Shown here: piece after piece, positions 20,272-32,639 of the stretch | Layout: each line of letters begins with the position of its first letter | How positions within the stretch are numbered: the stretch's first letter is position 1 | Position numbers and translations under genes: made by a program | Notes under the pieces: model-generated | The model's database searches: none | Seen by the model: the letters and a program-made list of their open reading frames with translations, nothing else | What the model was told of the DNA's origin: nothing | NCBI GenBank assembly: GCA_965219415.1 | Contig: OZ244742.1 | Span: 512,001-576,000 of the forward strand | DNA: 64,000 nt | Source: Candidatus Marinacidobacterales bacterium | GTDB lineage: Bacteria > Acidobacteriota > Vicinamibacteria > Marinacidobacterales > DATDRI01 | Direction of reading: 5' to 3'

Positions 20272-23200
20272 TCAGTCCGAGGCCACTCGCTCCGGAGACT
20301 CGATTCGCTGCCTGCCTATATCCTTACCACCCACTATCGCCTCCCCGATGTTCAAGAGATGATCCTTCATTCTTCGGTAGGCATTGGCGATGTCCATGTA
20401 AGAGGTGCTGATCAACGGATCAACTGTCTCTTCAGATAGTCGGCTCCAGTGACGGTCTCTCAACGCCCTGATCTTCTCGGTGATCTCACGGCTATCCCGA
20501 CGTATTCCAGACAAGTACTCATCGAGTTCGTCGACTGTAAAGCCTTCATGCACGCTGTCGTAGTATGCGGCGATCACGTCGTGCAACTCCAGCAACTCTT
20601 CTTGTTGAGATGGCGATAGGGCCACGTTAGCTTCTCGTAGTCGCAGATAAAGCTTCAAGACGTTGGAGACGTAATCGCTCACCGATTCGAACTCGTCGGC
20701 TAGTCGCAGCTGAGATCTCGCCTCCTCGGCGACGTGATGACTCACGTCGACAGAAAGGAGATCGGTCAGAAACCGCGTAATTTCGATTTGAACGTCGTCG
20801 ATAATCCTCTCTCGCTGGAAAATCTTCTCAACCAAGTCTCGGTGCTCCTTCTTGTTGGTGATAACGGTGCGCAGGTCATCCAGCATTGCTCTCACGTGTT
20901 GATCGGTTCGCGTAATTTCAAAGCCAGATTGCTCGATCGCGATCAAGGGCGAGCTCACCAGACTGAAATCCAAATGCGTCAAACGCTCCCTTTCCGCCGC
21001 AGGCTTGTCCTTGACCAGCCTTGTCAGAGCGTTTGCTATAGGGGTAATGAACGGAACGAACAAGAGTGCCGTAACAACGTTGAACACAGTATGTACCACA
21101 GCAATCCCGGCCGTCATGTAGGGGAAGGTCCCTCCGGGCAGCTGCATGTTCGGGTCCACACCTCGCATCACAAAGTTGTCGATGAAGGGGAGATACACCG
21201 GGAGGAAAAGAGCCGTAACGACAGCAACCCCGGATACGTTGAAGAATATGTGAAAGTAAGCGGTTCGTTTGGCGTTAACATCGTCCGCCCCAAGAGAAGC
21301 TAAGTAGGCGGTAATTGTCGTCCCAACGTTCGTGCCCAAAACCAAAGCGGCGGCGGTTTGGAAGTCGACCACCCCGGTATTGGCGAGGGCGATCGTCATT
21401 CCCAGAGTAGCCGATGATGATTGAATGATGAGAGTCACCACACAACCTACCAGCGCGGATTTCATGACCCCGACGTAGTTGGTGGCCTCGAACATATGGA
21501 ACATCGCCACGAATTCTGGAAGATCCCTAACCGGCTTGAAACCATCCTTCATGAGCTCCAAGCCAAAAAACACCATCCCGATCCCAAGAGGGGATGTCCC
21601 GCCGGATGTTGAATTTGGGGTAGCGGCGGCTCCTTGGCCGGCCTAAGAATAGGTCTGCCAAACAACCGTCTCCAGAGGGGGACAAGGAGCCACCAATGCC
21701 TAGGAAATCAAAGAAGCCAGTAAGAAAGCAAACGCACTCGCCTACGGGCAAGGTAGTTGGCCAAGTCGGTCAGATACTGCTACCGATGATAGCTGGGATC
21801 GCGGCCACGAAGGCGGAACTGACGGAATGGGTGTACGAGCAAGGACTGACAGCTCTGCACCTACTGCTCAGAGAGGACGCCGAGGAGATCGCGGGGCTCA
21901 AGGGCAAGCACGAGAAGGAGCGAACTCATAACCACTGGGGGAGCACGAACGGAGAGCTGAGCTTCGGTGGTCGTCGCATCCAAGTGTCGCGACCTCGAGT
22001 TCGCTCGAAGTCGGGCGAGGAGGCGTCGCTTCCACACTTCGAAGCCTTCCGCGAAGAAGACCCGCTTCCAGAGCGAGTGTTGAATCAGATCTTGGTGGGG
22101 GTATCGACCCGAAATTACGAATCGAGTCTGAACAAACCCGCGGCCAAGTTGAAGTCTCGTGGCACGAGTAAGAGTGCCGCCAGCCGTCACCTCGTGAGCC
22201 AGACGACTAAGAAGCTCGAGGAATACCTGTCTCGGCGGCTAGAGGAGTTCGAGCTTGCGGCACTGATGCTGGATGGCCTTGAGGTGGCCGGACAGACCGT
22301 CGTCGTAACTCTAGGTATCACAATAGATGGAACGAAGGTGCCCCTGGGTATATGGCTGGGCTCGACGGAGAACTCTCGGGTGTGCACCGCGATGTTGCAG
22401 GACCTTCTCGAGCGGGGCTTGCGCGTCGATGAGTCGATTCTCTGCGTAGTGGACGGAGGCAAAGGCATCCGCAAGGCACTCGTCGACGTTTTGGGGGACC
22501 TCGCGGTCATCCAAAGGTGCCAGATCCATAAACTCCGGAATCTTCGCTCGTACCTTCCCAAGTCTCGTCACGCCTACGTACTCCAGACGATGAAGGAAGC
22601 CTACAAGTGCAAGAGTGCCGACAAGGCGCGCAAGCGACTTCAGGCATTGGTGTCGTGGCTCGAGCGAAACGGCTACGACGAAGCTGCCGGAAGCCTTCGT
22701 GAAGGGATGGAAGAGACACTCACGGTCGTGAAGCTCGCGCTGCCCGCCTTACTTCGCCAGTCTCTTGCCACGACGAACGCCATTGAGAATCTCAACGGAA
22801 CCATTCGCAGAGTATCGAGAAACGTCAAGCGTTGGAAGAGTCCTTCCATGGTTCGCCGATGGACCGCTCTTGGCGTCGTCACCGCGCAGAAAAAGTTCCG
22901 GCGTATCAAAGGCTATCGCCATATGGGCGCTTTCGTTCACGCGCTTAGAAGCAAACAGAAATCTCTTGACAGCGATGAGTTTGCTGCCTAAGAGTATTCA
23001 CAGGTGCCGCCGCTACCCGACCAAATTCAACAGCGGCCGGGACATCCCCTCCCAAGAATCGCCAGGGCTGAGTAGCGTAGTTTCTCTCGCTTGATAAACA
23101 ACCAGCCGAAGGCCGCCAGGCCGAGCAGGGGGAGACCGTATTGCCCTATTTTCAATGTTAGTATCCACCCAGTGATCGTGGTGCCGATATTGGCACCGAT

Positions 23201-23476
23201 AATGACCCCGACGGCTCCAGTGAGTGTCATGAGCTCGCTATTGACGAGGCCGATTACCATCACCGAAGTGACCGAGCTCGACTGGATAAGGGTGGTGATG
23301 AATAGCCCAATACCCACTGCCACAAATCGGTTGGAGGTGACCACGCTGATCATGCGCCTTATGCTGTCGCCGGCGACGACTTGAAGACCTTGTTGCATGT
23401 ATTTCATGCCGAGCAGAAAAATGCCGAGGCCTCCAATGACATGAAAAGCCATTTCTGACACTAAACCAACGTTCAT
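20272..23476 (-). pseudogene. Na/Pi cotransporter (NptA/YjbB-like, PhoU domains) interrupted by IS256-family element
   Basis: two QSSS repeats with GANIGTT and GTNVGTT; removing 21590-23049 and one TSD restores ALAILGIGMVFFG. Confidence 0.92.
21590..23049 (+). mobile_element. IS256-family element (transposase 21696-22991)
   Basis: imperfect terminal IRs GGGGATGTCCCG..TGTTGAATTTGG; 8-bp TSD TCCCAAGA at 21582-21589 and 23050-23057; LDG, DGGKG, QRCQIHK, TTNAIE motifs. Confidence 0.95.
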
Positions 23477-23699
23477 AGGCGCTCTTTCTTCTCCAAATGT
23501 AGAAAGATAGGAATGCCGATCTTGGCTACCTGTAAAAACGGAGACGAATCCTCCATGGCTCGCCTGACTCTTGTCTATCTGGACGCCGAAACTAACACAT
23601 CCAGGCCAGCGAGGGGAAGCACCAACCAAGACAAGCGCTGGGTTTGCCGACCCTGATCAATCGACCGAGCCACATTCTTTCTTCGTATAATGGCGAGAC

Positions 23700-24361
23700 A
23701 TGTCTCGTTCCCGCGACACTTCCGAGCACTATGTCACCGTCGAGCGCACCGCGCGCTTCGTCACGATGGGGGCGACCGACCAACCCACCGAGCTCTGGTT
23801 CGTCTGCCACGGGTACGGAGAACTCGCCGCCTCCTTTGTCCAGGGACTCTCGGTACTCGACGATGGGACGCGCCTCTTGGTCGCCCCCGAGGCGCTTTCC
23901 GGTTCTATGTGGACGGGACACATCAAAGGGTTGGTGGCTCCTGGATGACTCGCGAGGACCGTGAAAACGAGATGCGTGATTACCTGAAGTACCTCGATGC
24001 GGTGAAGACGGAGGTTTTCTCTCGGATCCATGGCGCGTCCGCGCGCATCACCGTCCTCGGCTTCTCGCAGGGAGCGGCCACTGCAGCGCGGTGGGCCAGT
24101 CGAGGCACGGTCGACGCGGCGAGGCTAATCATTTGGGGGGAGAGCCTTCCGCCGGAGCTAGAGGATGAGGAGAGTCTGAAGCGCCTACGCGCAATGAAGC
24201 TCACATTTGTCCATGGCACGCGAGACGAGTTTTTCACAGCTGCTCGATGCTCCGAGCTCAGAGAGCGCCTCGACCGCCTCGGCGTCCCGTTCGAGGAGAA
24301 AAGCTTCGAGGGCGGGCACCGGCTGGATGATACGGCGCTTCTCGAAATCGTCTCCCGCTAA
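23700..24361 (+). CDS. alpha/beta hydrolase (phospholipase/carboxylesterase), frameshift near 23900
   Basis: CHGYG, APEALSRFY, WMTREDR, GFSQG nucleophile, GTRDEF, FEGGH. Confidence 0.85.
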
Positions 24362-24551
24362 CACGGTCCACCATCAGAGTCCCATAATTTCCTGTAACCT
24401 TTACCTAAGTTAGCCGTCTCCAAAGTGTCTCCGAACCGCAAGACCGCAAAACTTGAACCCAGACGGCGACCCGCGCACGATTTCGTCCCAAGCTAAGAGT
24501 TGATATTGGGGACTCCAGTTTGAAGTCTATCCGCGACGAGGGAGGGGTGCC

Positions 24552-25086
24552 ATGGGACCGGCAATTAGGGAGCAGGCCAGTAGAGTTGTCGCCATTTCTG
24601 TTTTTCTTATTAGGCTGTCAGTTGTCGCTGGGATTCCGCAAGCTAGCTTCGCACAGTACACGTTTGAAGTCACAACCGTCGATGCCGCGGCTGACGTCGG
24701 TCGCCACAGTGCGATCGCGGTCAACCCCCAAAACAATCACGTTCACATCGTCTATTACGATGCGACGAATAATCATTTGAAACACGCGTACCTGAACGAG
24801 TCCGGTAGCTGAAACACCGAGACAGTGGACTCCTCGCCGTTTGTCGGAGGCCAAGCGATCGCAATGCACATTGATAGTAAAGGGCGGCTTCACGTCACCT
24901 ATAGTGACAGTGGGAATGGAGCCTTAAAGTACGCGAAAAAAAGGGCCCCGGCTGGTCGATTCGGACGATAGATACCGGCGACTATCCTTTCGCCTTTGCG
25001 CTTTCAATCGCCGCGGATCGACAGGGACATGCTTACATCGCATACGCGGAGGGGCAAGAGCTCAAGCTTGCTTTCGAAGACCGCTC
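24552..25086 (+). pseudogene. 5' half of secreted beta-propeller-like repeat protein (gene X), cut by IS3
   Basis: signal peptide; repeats TVD...SAIAVN...HIVYYD...LKHAY and TVD...IDSKGRLHVTY...LKYA; in-frame TGA at 24810-24812; ends at CTC target site. Confidence 0.7.
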
Positions 25087-25105
25087 TGAACCGCCCCGGG
25101 TTTCC
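25087..25105 (+). mobile_element. stranded outer tip of the IS3-family left inverted repeat
   Basis: TGAACCGCCCCGGGTTTCC matches the IR starting at 31337; its continuation is found inverted at 32639. Confidence 0.9.
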
Positions 25106-26472
25106 GGATGTGTGCCGAGGTCCGTGGAAAAAGAACGGTGCCCTCCACTCCGTCATCAGAGTATCATATCAGGCGGCGACCTCCGCGTGTTCGAGAGCCT
25201 CGCTCAGACGTTGGTAGCCGTCGATGCGTCGTAGTTGAATCTGGCCAGAGGCGATAAACCCAAACAGCAAAGCGACCGCAGACTCCTCGCTGGAGAACGA
25301 CGCTTGGGTTTTCGTCCGGCGTCGAAACTCGCGGTTGAGATTCTCCAGAGCATTGGTCGTTCGAAACGATTTCCACATGGCACGAGGGAATTCGTAGAAG
25401 GTCAGCAGCTGATTACCGGCCTCCTCTAGGCTTCGGACGACGGCCGGCGCGAGAGGCGTCCACTTGGCGACGAGCTCGTCATAGGCTTTGCGAGCATCGA
25501 TCCCGTTCTTGGCGTAGACGATCCGGTTGTAGTCACGCCGGAGCTCACGGCGTGCGTGCGCCGGGCAATGTTGGAGCAAGTTGGCGCGCTTGTGCTCGGT
25601 ACATCGCTGCAACCGGCACCCCGGCCACTTCTCCAGCGCTTTCGTCAGCCCCTTGTGGCCGTCGCTGATCACTAGCTTGGGAGCCCGGAGTCCTCGAGCC
25701 TGGAGTCCCTCCAGCACGGAGCCCCAATGCGTCGAGGCTTCGCTCACCGCCAGACGCAATGACAACAGACGTTTCTGCCCGTCTGGCGCGACCCCGAGCG
25801 CGGCCAGTACGGGTACGCTGATCACACGTTTCGCCATCCGCACTTTCAGGTGGAAGCCGTCCAGGTAAACGATCGCGTAGACCTCCTCGCTGAGAGCACG
25901 GTTCTGCCATTCCTCGAAGCGCTCCTTCAGCCGGCTAACCACGCGAGACACCGCGCTCTTCGATAGGTGCTCCTCACCGAGCAGTGGTTTCAGCGCTTTG
26001 CGGACCCGGCGGCTATTTGTGCCCGACAAGTACGTCCCCAAGAGCGCCTCGTCGACCTCACGAGTCCGGCGCGCGTACCGGGGCAACAGCTCGCTCCTGA
26101 ACTCTGTCGTTTCTCCCGTTTCCTCGTCTCGCACGCGGGCTCGTGGCACCCGGAGCTCGCGAGTTCCCACCGACGTCGTCACGCGACGGGTTTCGGCTCC
26201 GTTGCGATATCCACGGCGGTCTTCCGCACGCTCGTAGCTACAACACCCCAGCGCTTGGTCGACTTCCTCCTCGAGCACAACCTCGATCGCCTCCAGTACC
26301 CGCATACGCAGCCGAAGTTGGACGAACTCCCGGTACTCGCTTACAGACTCCTTCAATATGGTGGTAGGCTTCTCCATGGCGTAATCCTCCTCCTCGCCTT
26401 TCCAGGCGCGGTTTCGTTTTGCTTAACCGGAGGTTACGCCATTCTTATTTCCACGGGAAGCGGGACGGATCC
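25106..26472 (-). mobile_element. IS256-family element copy 1 (transposase 25169-26377)
   Basis: IRs GGATGTGTGCCGAGGTCCGTGGAAA and GGATCCGTCCCGCTTCCCGTGGAAA; YLDG, SDGHKG, QRCTEHK, TTNALE motifs. Confidence 0.95.
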
Positions 26473-27074
26473 AACAGCTGCAGCCACTGACAGTCATGCA
26501 TATCGGTTTTACGCCCGGGGACGTTTTTTAACTGTCGAGCATTTACCAGCACCACTTCAAGACCCCGCGATTCAAGCAACTCATAAATCGGAATCCAATA
26601 GACGTAGGTGCTTTCCATCGCAACCGATTCGACTCCTTGCTCGATGAGCCAATCCCCCATTTGATTCAAAGACGGTGTCGTTGGGGAAAACACCCGCACG
26701 TTCACTTTACCATCCGACAAGGCCGGCCCACATACCCAATGCTCACGACTGCCAATATCGATGCCTGCTACCTTCGACCTTGTCACCGGCAGCGATTGCG
26801 GCGACGGATTCTTCGACTTCCTACCACTCTTTTTCACGCGCTTGTGCATCTCTGACCTCACATGTATTTTTGTGAGTGAAGGCTCCGGCCCGAGATGGCG
26901 ATTGTTAGGATTCTGACCCTGGGGAGTGCTTCCGTTCAAAGCCTCGCCAATGATAGGGAGCCGGCTCGGACCCAAGCTCGTCCTGGGGCATTAGTGCACC
27001 AGTGGTGCTACGGGGTTTAGCTGCCGGGGCCTTCACCGACAACCCTTTTATCAGCTCAGGTAGTTTCTCGCCTG
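26473..27074 (-). mobile_element. IS110-family element, left part: non-coding leader plus DEDD domain (ATG 26849)
   Basis: VAGIDIG, VAMESTYVYW, GRKTDMHDCQWLQLL; reading frame continues at 34006 on the + strand. Confidence 0.93.
26876..27036 (-). ncRNA. candidate IS110 bridge/seek RNA
   Basis: about 160 nt closed by a 14-bp stem with one mismatch; internal 7-8 nt segments match the element's target and donor junctions. Confidence 0.7.
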
Positions 27075-27140
27075 ATAGGGCCGGCCTCAGCCGGCGGCCT
27101 TGCTCGTCTGGACAAGATTTTGCCCCGGCAGTTCGGAGCC

Positions 27141-27671
27141 CTAACCAATCAACGTTTCGGCGGCGATGCGCTCGTAGACTCTTCGATCGCCCTCCGAAAA
27201 ACAGCAGAACACTACCCGTGCCGGTAAGGGGTTCGCTTCGAGCCAATCACGGACGGTGAGCTGGGCGATCTCCGCCGCCTTCTCGAGCGGAAAACGGTAC
27301 GCGCCGGTCGCGATGGAAGGGAAGCCAATACTCTGGAGGTCGTGCCCCTGCGCAAGCTCGAGGCTTCGTCGGTAGCAGCTCGCGAGGAGCTCGGGCTCAC
27401 GCCTCTTGCCACCGCTCCATACCGGGCCCACGGCATGGATGACATACTGTGCTAATAGTCGATACCCCTTGGTGATCTTGGCTTCGCCGGTGGCCGCGCC
27501 ACCGAGCGTCTCGCACTCCGCGAGAAGCTCCGGTCCGGCCGCCCGATGGATGGCGCCATCGACGCCGCCCCCGCCGAGCAGAGAAGTGTTGGCCGCGTTG
27601 ACAATAGCGTCGACATCCAGCTTGGTGATATCGCCCTGTGTGATCTCGACGCGACCACCTGAGTAGGGCAT
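27141..27671 (-). CDS. ymdB: macro domain protein, O-acetyl-ADP-ribose deacetylase
   Basis: GDIT..DVDAIVNAANTSLLGGGGVDGAIHRAAG, HAVGP, FPSIATGAYRFP. Confidence 0.93.
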   Translation of the reverse strand: MPYSGGRVEITQGDITKLDVDAIVNAANTSLLGGGGVDGAIHRAAGPELLAECETLGGAATGEAKITKGYRLLAQYVIHAVGPVWSGGKRREPELLASCYRRSLELAQGHDLQSIGFPSIATGAYRFPLEKAAEIAQLTVRDWLEANPLPARVVFCCFSEGDRRVYERIAAETLIG

Positions 27672-27744
27672 GGGACTTCCGACTTTATGACCGTTGCCAA
27701 ACCGGCGTCAAGCCGGAGCGGCTCCTTAGATTACGCGCAGTCAG

Positions 27745-28038
27745 GCCCTGGAGCTTGGTCCCGACGGCATTCGAGTGAACTCGGTCTCGCCAGGCTGGAT
27801 TGGGTGCCGGCTCATGGACGAATGGACCGGCGGCGATCGCGCCAAGACCGACAAGGTGGGGGGGCGCTTTCATATCCTGGGTCGGGTCGGCAATCCGGAC
27901 GAGGTCGCACGGGCGGCGTTGTTTCTTTGCTCGGATCACGCCTCGTTCATCACCGGGACGGATGTGGCGGCAGACGGAGGCTATACGGCCATGGGACCGG
28001 AGCGTACCGACGCCGCCATACCCGGGCTGATGTCTTAG
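27745..28038 (+). pseudogene. 3' fragment of SDR oxidoreductase
   Basis: ALELGPDGIRVNSVSPG...GRVGNPDEVA...ASFITGTDVAADGG; Rossmann and YxxxK region absent. Confidence 0.85.
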
Positions 28039-28043
28039 CGCAG

Positions 28044-28763
28044 CTACTCGATCACGCGAAAGCTCTGTCCTTCGGGTAGCTGAAGCGTCCTACCGTCGAA
28101 TGTGGCTTGGAACGTCTCGTCTGCGGCGTAGTGGGCCTTATCTCCTTGGACCGAAAACCACCGCATGGCCTCGAGCCGGAGCGCATCGCCCTCGCGCTGG
28201 TAGCGGCCCGAGCCTGCCAACCAACCCTCATCGGGATTCGTCACCAGCACGAAGTGTTCGTCGGTGAGGGCGAGCATGCCACGGTCCAAGGCGATGAGCT
28301 TCGTTTTCGTCGTGGGGACCCTGACGAGTTTTTCGGTGGCCCCGTTGGCGAAGCTGAGAAATAGATACTTGTCACCACGCTTGTAACTCACCTCATGGCT
28401 TGTATTGGAGCGTCCCGCCAAAAGAGTATCCTCCGCCGGTGTCACAACGATTCCGGTCTCGACGTCGAAATGCACGACGCCGCCTGACTTCACTTGGTAC
28501 CTGCCGATATGGGCGTCGGTGAGTTGGCGTTCCATGGGCTCGCTGCCGTGCATCGCTTGATGTATGAACCATCCATCGTGGAAGAGGAAAAGCCCTACCA
28601 AAGGCTTATCTCCATGGTCGGGGCCTTCGAACCGCTCGGAGGACCAAAGGTGTCTGAACGACTCGTAAGACCACAGGCCCGCGATTTCATCGGTGGAAGC
28701 CATAGAAGCTAGCGGGGGTAACAACAGCCAACAGGTCAGAGCAAGCGCGGACTTTGTTTTCAT
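28044..28763 (-). CDS. secreted hypothetical protein, possibly tandem lipocalin-like beta domains
   Basis: signal peptide MKTKSALALTCWLLLPPLA; IAGLWS and two G-R-Y motifs. Confidence 0.6.
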   Translation of the reverse strand: MKTKSALALTCWLLLPPLASMASTDEIAGLWSYESFRHLWSSERFEGPDHGDKPLVGLFLFHDGWFIHQAMHGSEPMERQLTDAHIGRYQVKSGGVVHFDVETGIVVTPAEDTLLAGRSNTSHEVSYKRGDKYLFLSFANGATEKLVRVPTTKTKLIALDRGMLALTDEHFVLVTNPDEGWLAGSGRYQREGDALRLEAMRWFSVQGDKAHYAADETFQATFDGRTLQLPEGQSFRVIE

Positions 28764-28782
28764 GTGGCCGGTTATATCACGT

Positions 28783-30830
28783 CTAAGGAAACGGGTTAAA
28801 AGCACCCTTTGCCCAGCGATCGGGAATTTTGCTCGGAAACTTCGACGACTGTTCGGTATCGGCCCAGCTGTAAACGGTGGAGAGATTGGGGTCATTGTTG
28901 GCGTCGTTGTCGCGGAAGTTGAAATCGAGGCCGATCGTTCCCACCGTTGGCAGGTCGGGATCCAGGGCGGACTTGTCGATCCGCACCTCCAGCCACCATC
29001 CCTTGTGATCCAGGGACACTGCCGAGGTCACGCCGGCCAACACCTGGTTCTTGTAGCTGCCGGTTGTTGTGAACAAGTTGACCCGGTTGGCGGCGTCGAT
29101 AACGAGCTGAATATCCGAGGTCGAGCCGCCAAGAGGGTTGGATCCGCCGTCGTTTCCGGGATCGATATAGATTTCGATGCAGTCGTTAGCCCAGTTCCTC
29201 GGCCTTCCGTTCCTCGTCTGGATGTCATCGTCTTTGATGCGAACCAGAAAGTAAAGTGTCGATGCGTCGTGGCGCGCGTAGACCTTGGCGGTGTGGTCGG
29301 GCGCCTTGGTCGGCAGGGCCAGATTAGTGGCTCTCCCCCCGAAGTAAACGATTCCTTTTTCTACGCCCACGAATGCGATGTCTCCGGAGATGACATCCCC
29401 ACCCCGGACTTTCGAAGAGAACTCACTCAAGTTCCAGTCGCCCTGTTTCCCGTCGACGACAATCGTGCCGGCCGGTTTGATGTTTAGCGTCGGCCGCGTG
29501 AGTGCCGATCCGGTCGTGAACGACCACTGGGGACCGGTTGTCGTTCCGGCATCGTTGACCCCGTCGATGCGCCATGAGTAAGTCGTTTCCGCAGCCAAGG
29601 TTCCTGGATCGAAGACCGTGGCGGTTTGATTTCCCTGGAATGCGGGAGGGGTGCTGGTACCGAAATAGACATCATGAGATGCGGCGCCGACTCCCGATGA
29701 CCACTGGAGCTCCGACTGGGCGCTGACGTTGGAGCCTCCGTTCGGTGGGTTGGGTGCGGAGGCAGGTGCGGGCGGGCCCAGCGGAGCCTTGGCTACGGTT
29801 ACGACGTCCAAGTAGAAAACGCCTTCGCCTTGGCGGCGGATGCGGAAGTCGGCCCCCTTGCTTTGGCGATTGCCGAAGAAAAGCGTCCACTACGGTCCAG
29901 GTCTTTTGACTCCAAGAATTTGGTGTCGTTTCCTATTGCCAGTTCTGGATGCACCGTGAACGCCCCCGCTCGCCGAGTCGTATTCGAGCGCAAGATTCTT
30001 GCCGTTGTCGAAGTAGGTCACGGTGATTTGAACGGCCGGCTGACTTCCCTCGAAAGCGAAGGAACCCACCACGTTGAAGTACATGTAGAGATCGGTCTCG
30101 GTATCCTCGTTCTGTCGGGCGATGCGGCCACCGATTTCGGTGACTAGGGTGTCGCCGTCACTGGGTTCGACTCGGTAGAGCCCGGACTCTTCGTCGACCC
30201 GGCCGAGATCGACATCGACCGACGAGTCTGGAAAGGGGCCACCTACCGCCACCACCCAATCGGACTGGCTGGGCGCTTCAAACGTGTGGAAGCTCGGGCT
30301 CAGGACGCCCAGAGGAATTTCTTCGTAGTCCCGCTTGGTATTGACGGCGACCGCGAAACGGGGGCCAGCCATGTTGGCAAGATCCATCGCGATCGAAGAG
30401 GCGCCTTCTTTGTAGAACAGGTAGGTGGTCTTCGACTCTCGTAGGGCTCGGCCGTCGGTCAGCCCGTTGGCAAATAGGAGGTTGGCGTTGAAACGATTCT
30501 TCCAGAAACGGGCATAGGTCAGGAGTTGGTTCGCGTTCGAGTAGGGGAGCGAGCCTTTGCTGTCTGGCAGCGGTCTTAGGTCGCCCCAGATATTCGCCAC
30601 GCCGCCGGCCATGGTCGAGTTCCAGAGGCCCCGCCGGGTCTCGGTCTGATCGTAGTCCTTCGAACGACCCTCGTTGCGGATGCGGAAGCGGTCCTCCGAC
30701 ATCACGGGTTGGCCAGGCACTGTGTTCAACGCGGCTCGATAGACGTCGTAGGTCGGCTTGTGGGTGTTCGTAGCTAGAATAGTCCAGCGGCTCGTTCCAG
30801 GTCACGAACTCGGAATGGTCCGACCCGCTG
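28783..30830 (-). pseudogene. multi-domain carbohydrate-active/surface protein with C-terminal CBM9-like domain; 5' end missing, frameshifted
   Basis: GQPVMSEDRFR..RRGLW..MAGG segment, Fn3-like YDVYFGT/YSWRID-type module, VDGKQGDW...DCIEIYID...IGLDFNFRDND. Confidence 0.7.
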
Positions 30831-31336
30831 TTGGGTCCAACACATCGCATTCGCGCCTCGAAGCAGGATGATCGGAGATCCGTTCGAATCAACTGCAACG
30901 ATGGCCGAAAAATAGATACTTTCGGGAAAGTACGGATCGCTCAAGTCAACTGACTCTGGTGTGCTCCAAGAGCTGCCTGTGTTGGCGAGGTAATAAAGCC
31001 TACTTGGAGGGTGTGGTGGTGGAACACCGAAGCTGGTCCCCACGATATAGCTGAGGTGATGTGTGCCGTCTCGCAGAAATGATGAAACGCTGTGGACCCT
31101 GTCATTAATATTGAAAACTTCCTATGATCTCTTCGCTCCAGTCACCGTTGGCAACGGAGTATGAAAGACGCCGCAGCTGATCAAACGCAGAATCAAAAAA
31201 TGCAATATGAACGTTGGGAGAAGTAGAAACGCTCGGTTGATCGATAACTAACTGGGGCCCTGACGAAGTCCGAACCGGAATTCCATTCTGTCGAAGGAAG
31301 GGCACGACAGCCCAAGAATACAGATAAACTGTAGAG
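30830..31336 (-). pseudogene. 3' part of gene X (beta-propeller-like), displaced and inverted
   Basis: joining 25086 to 31333 across the CTC TSD gives an open frame EDRSTVYLYSWAVVPFLR...VHIAFFD...WSEEII...RLYYLAN.GSSWSTPESVD. Confidence 0.75.
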
Positions 31337-32639
<1,303 letters not shown>

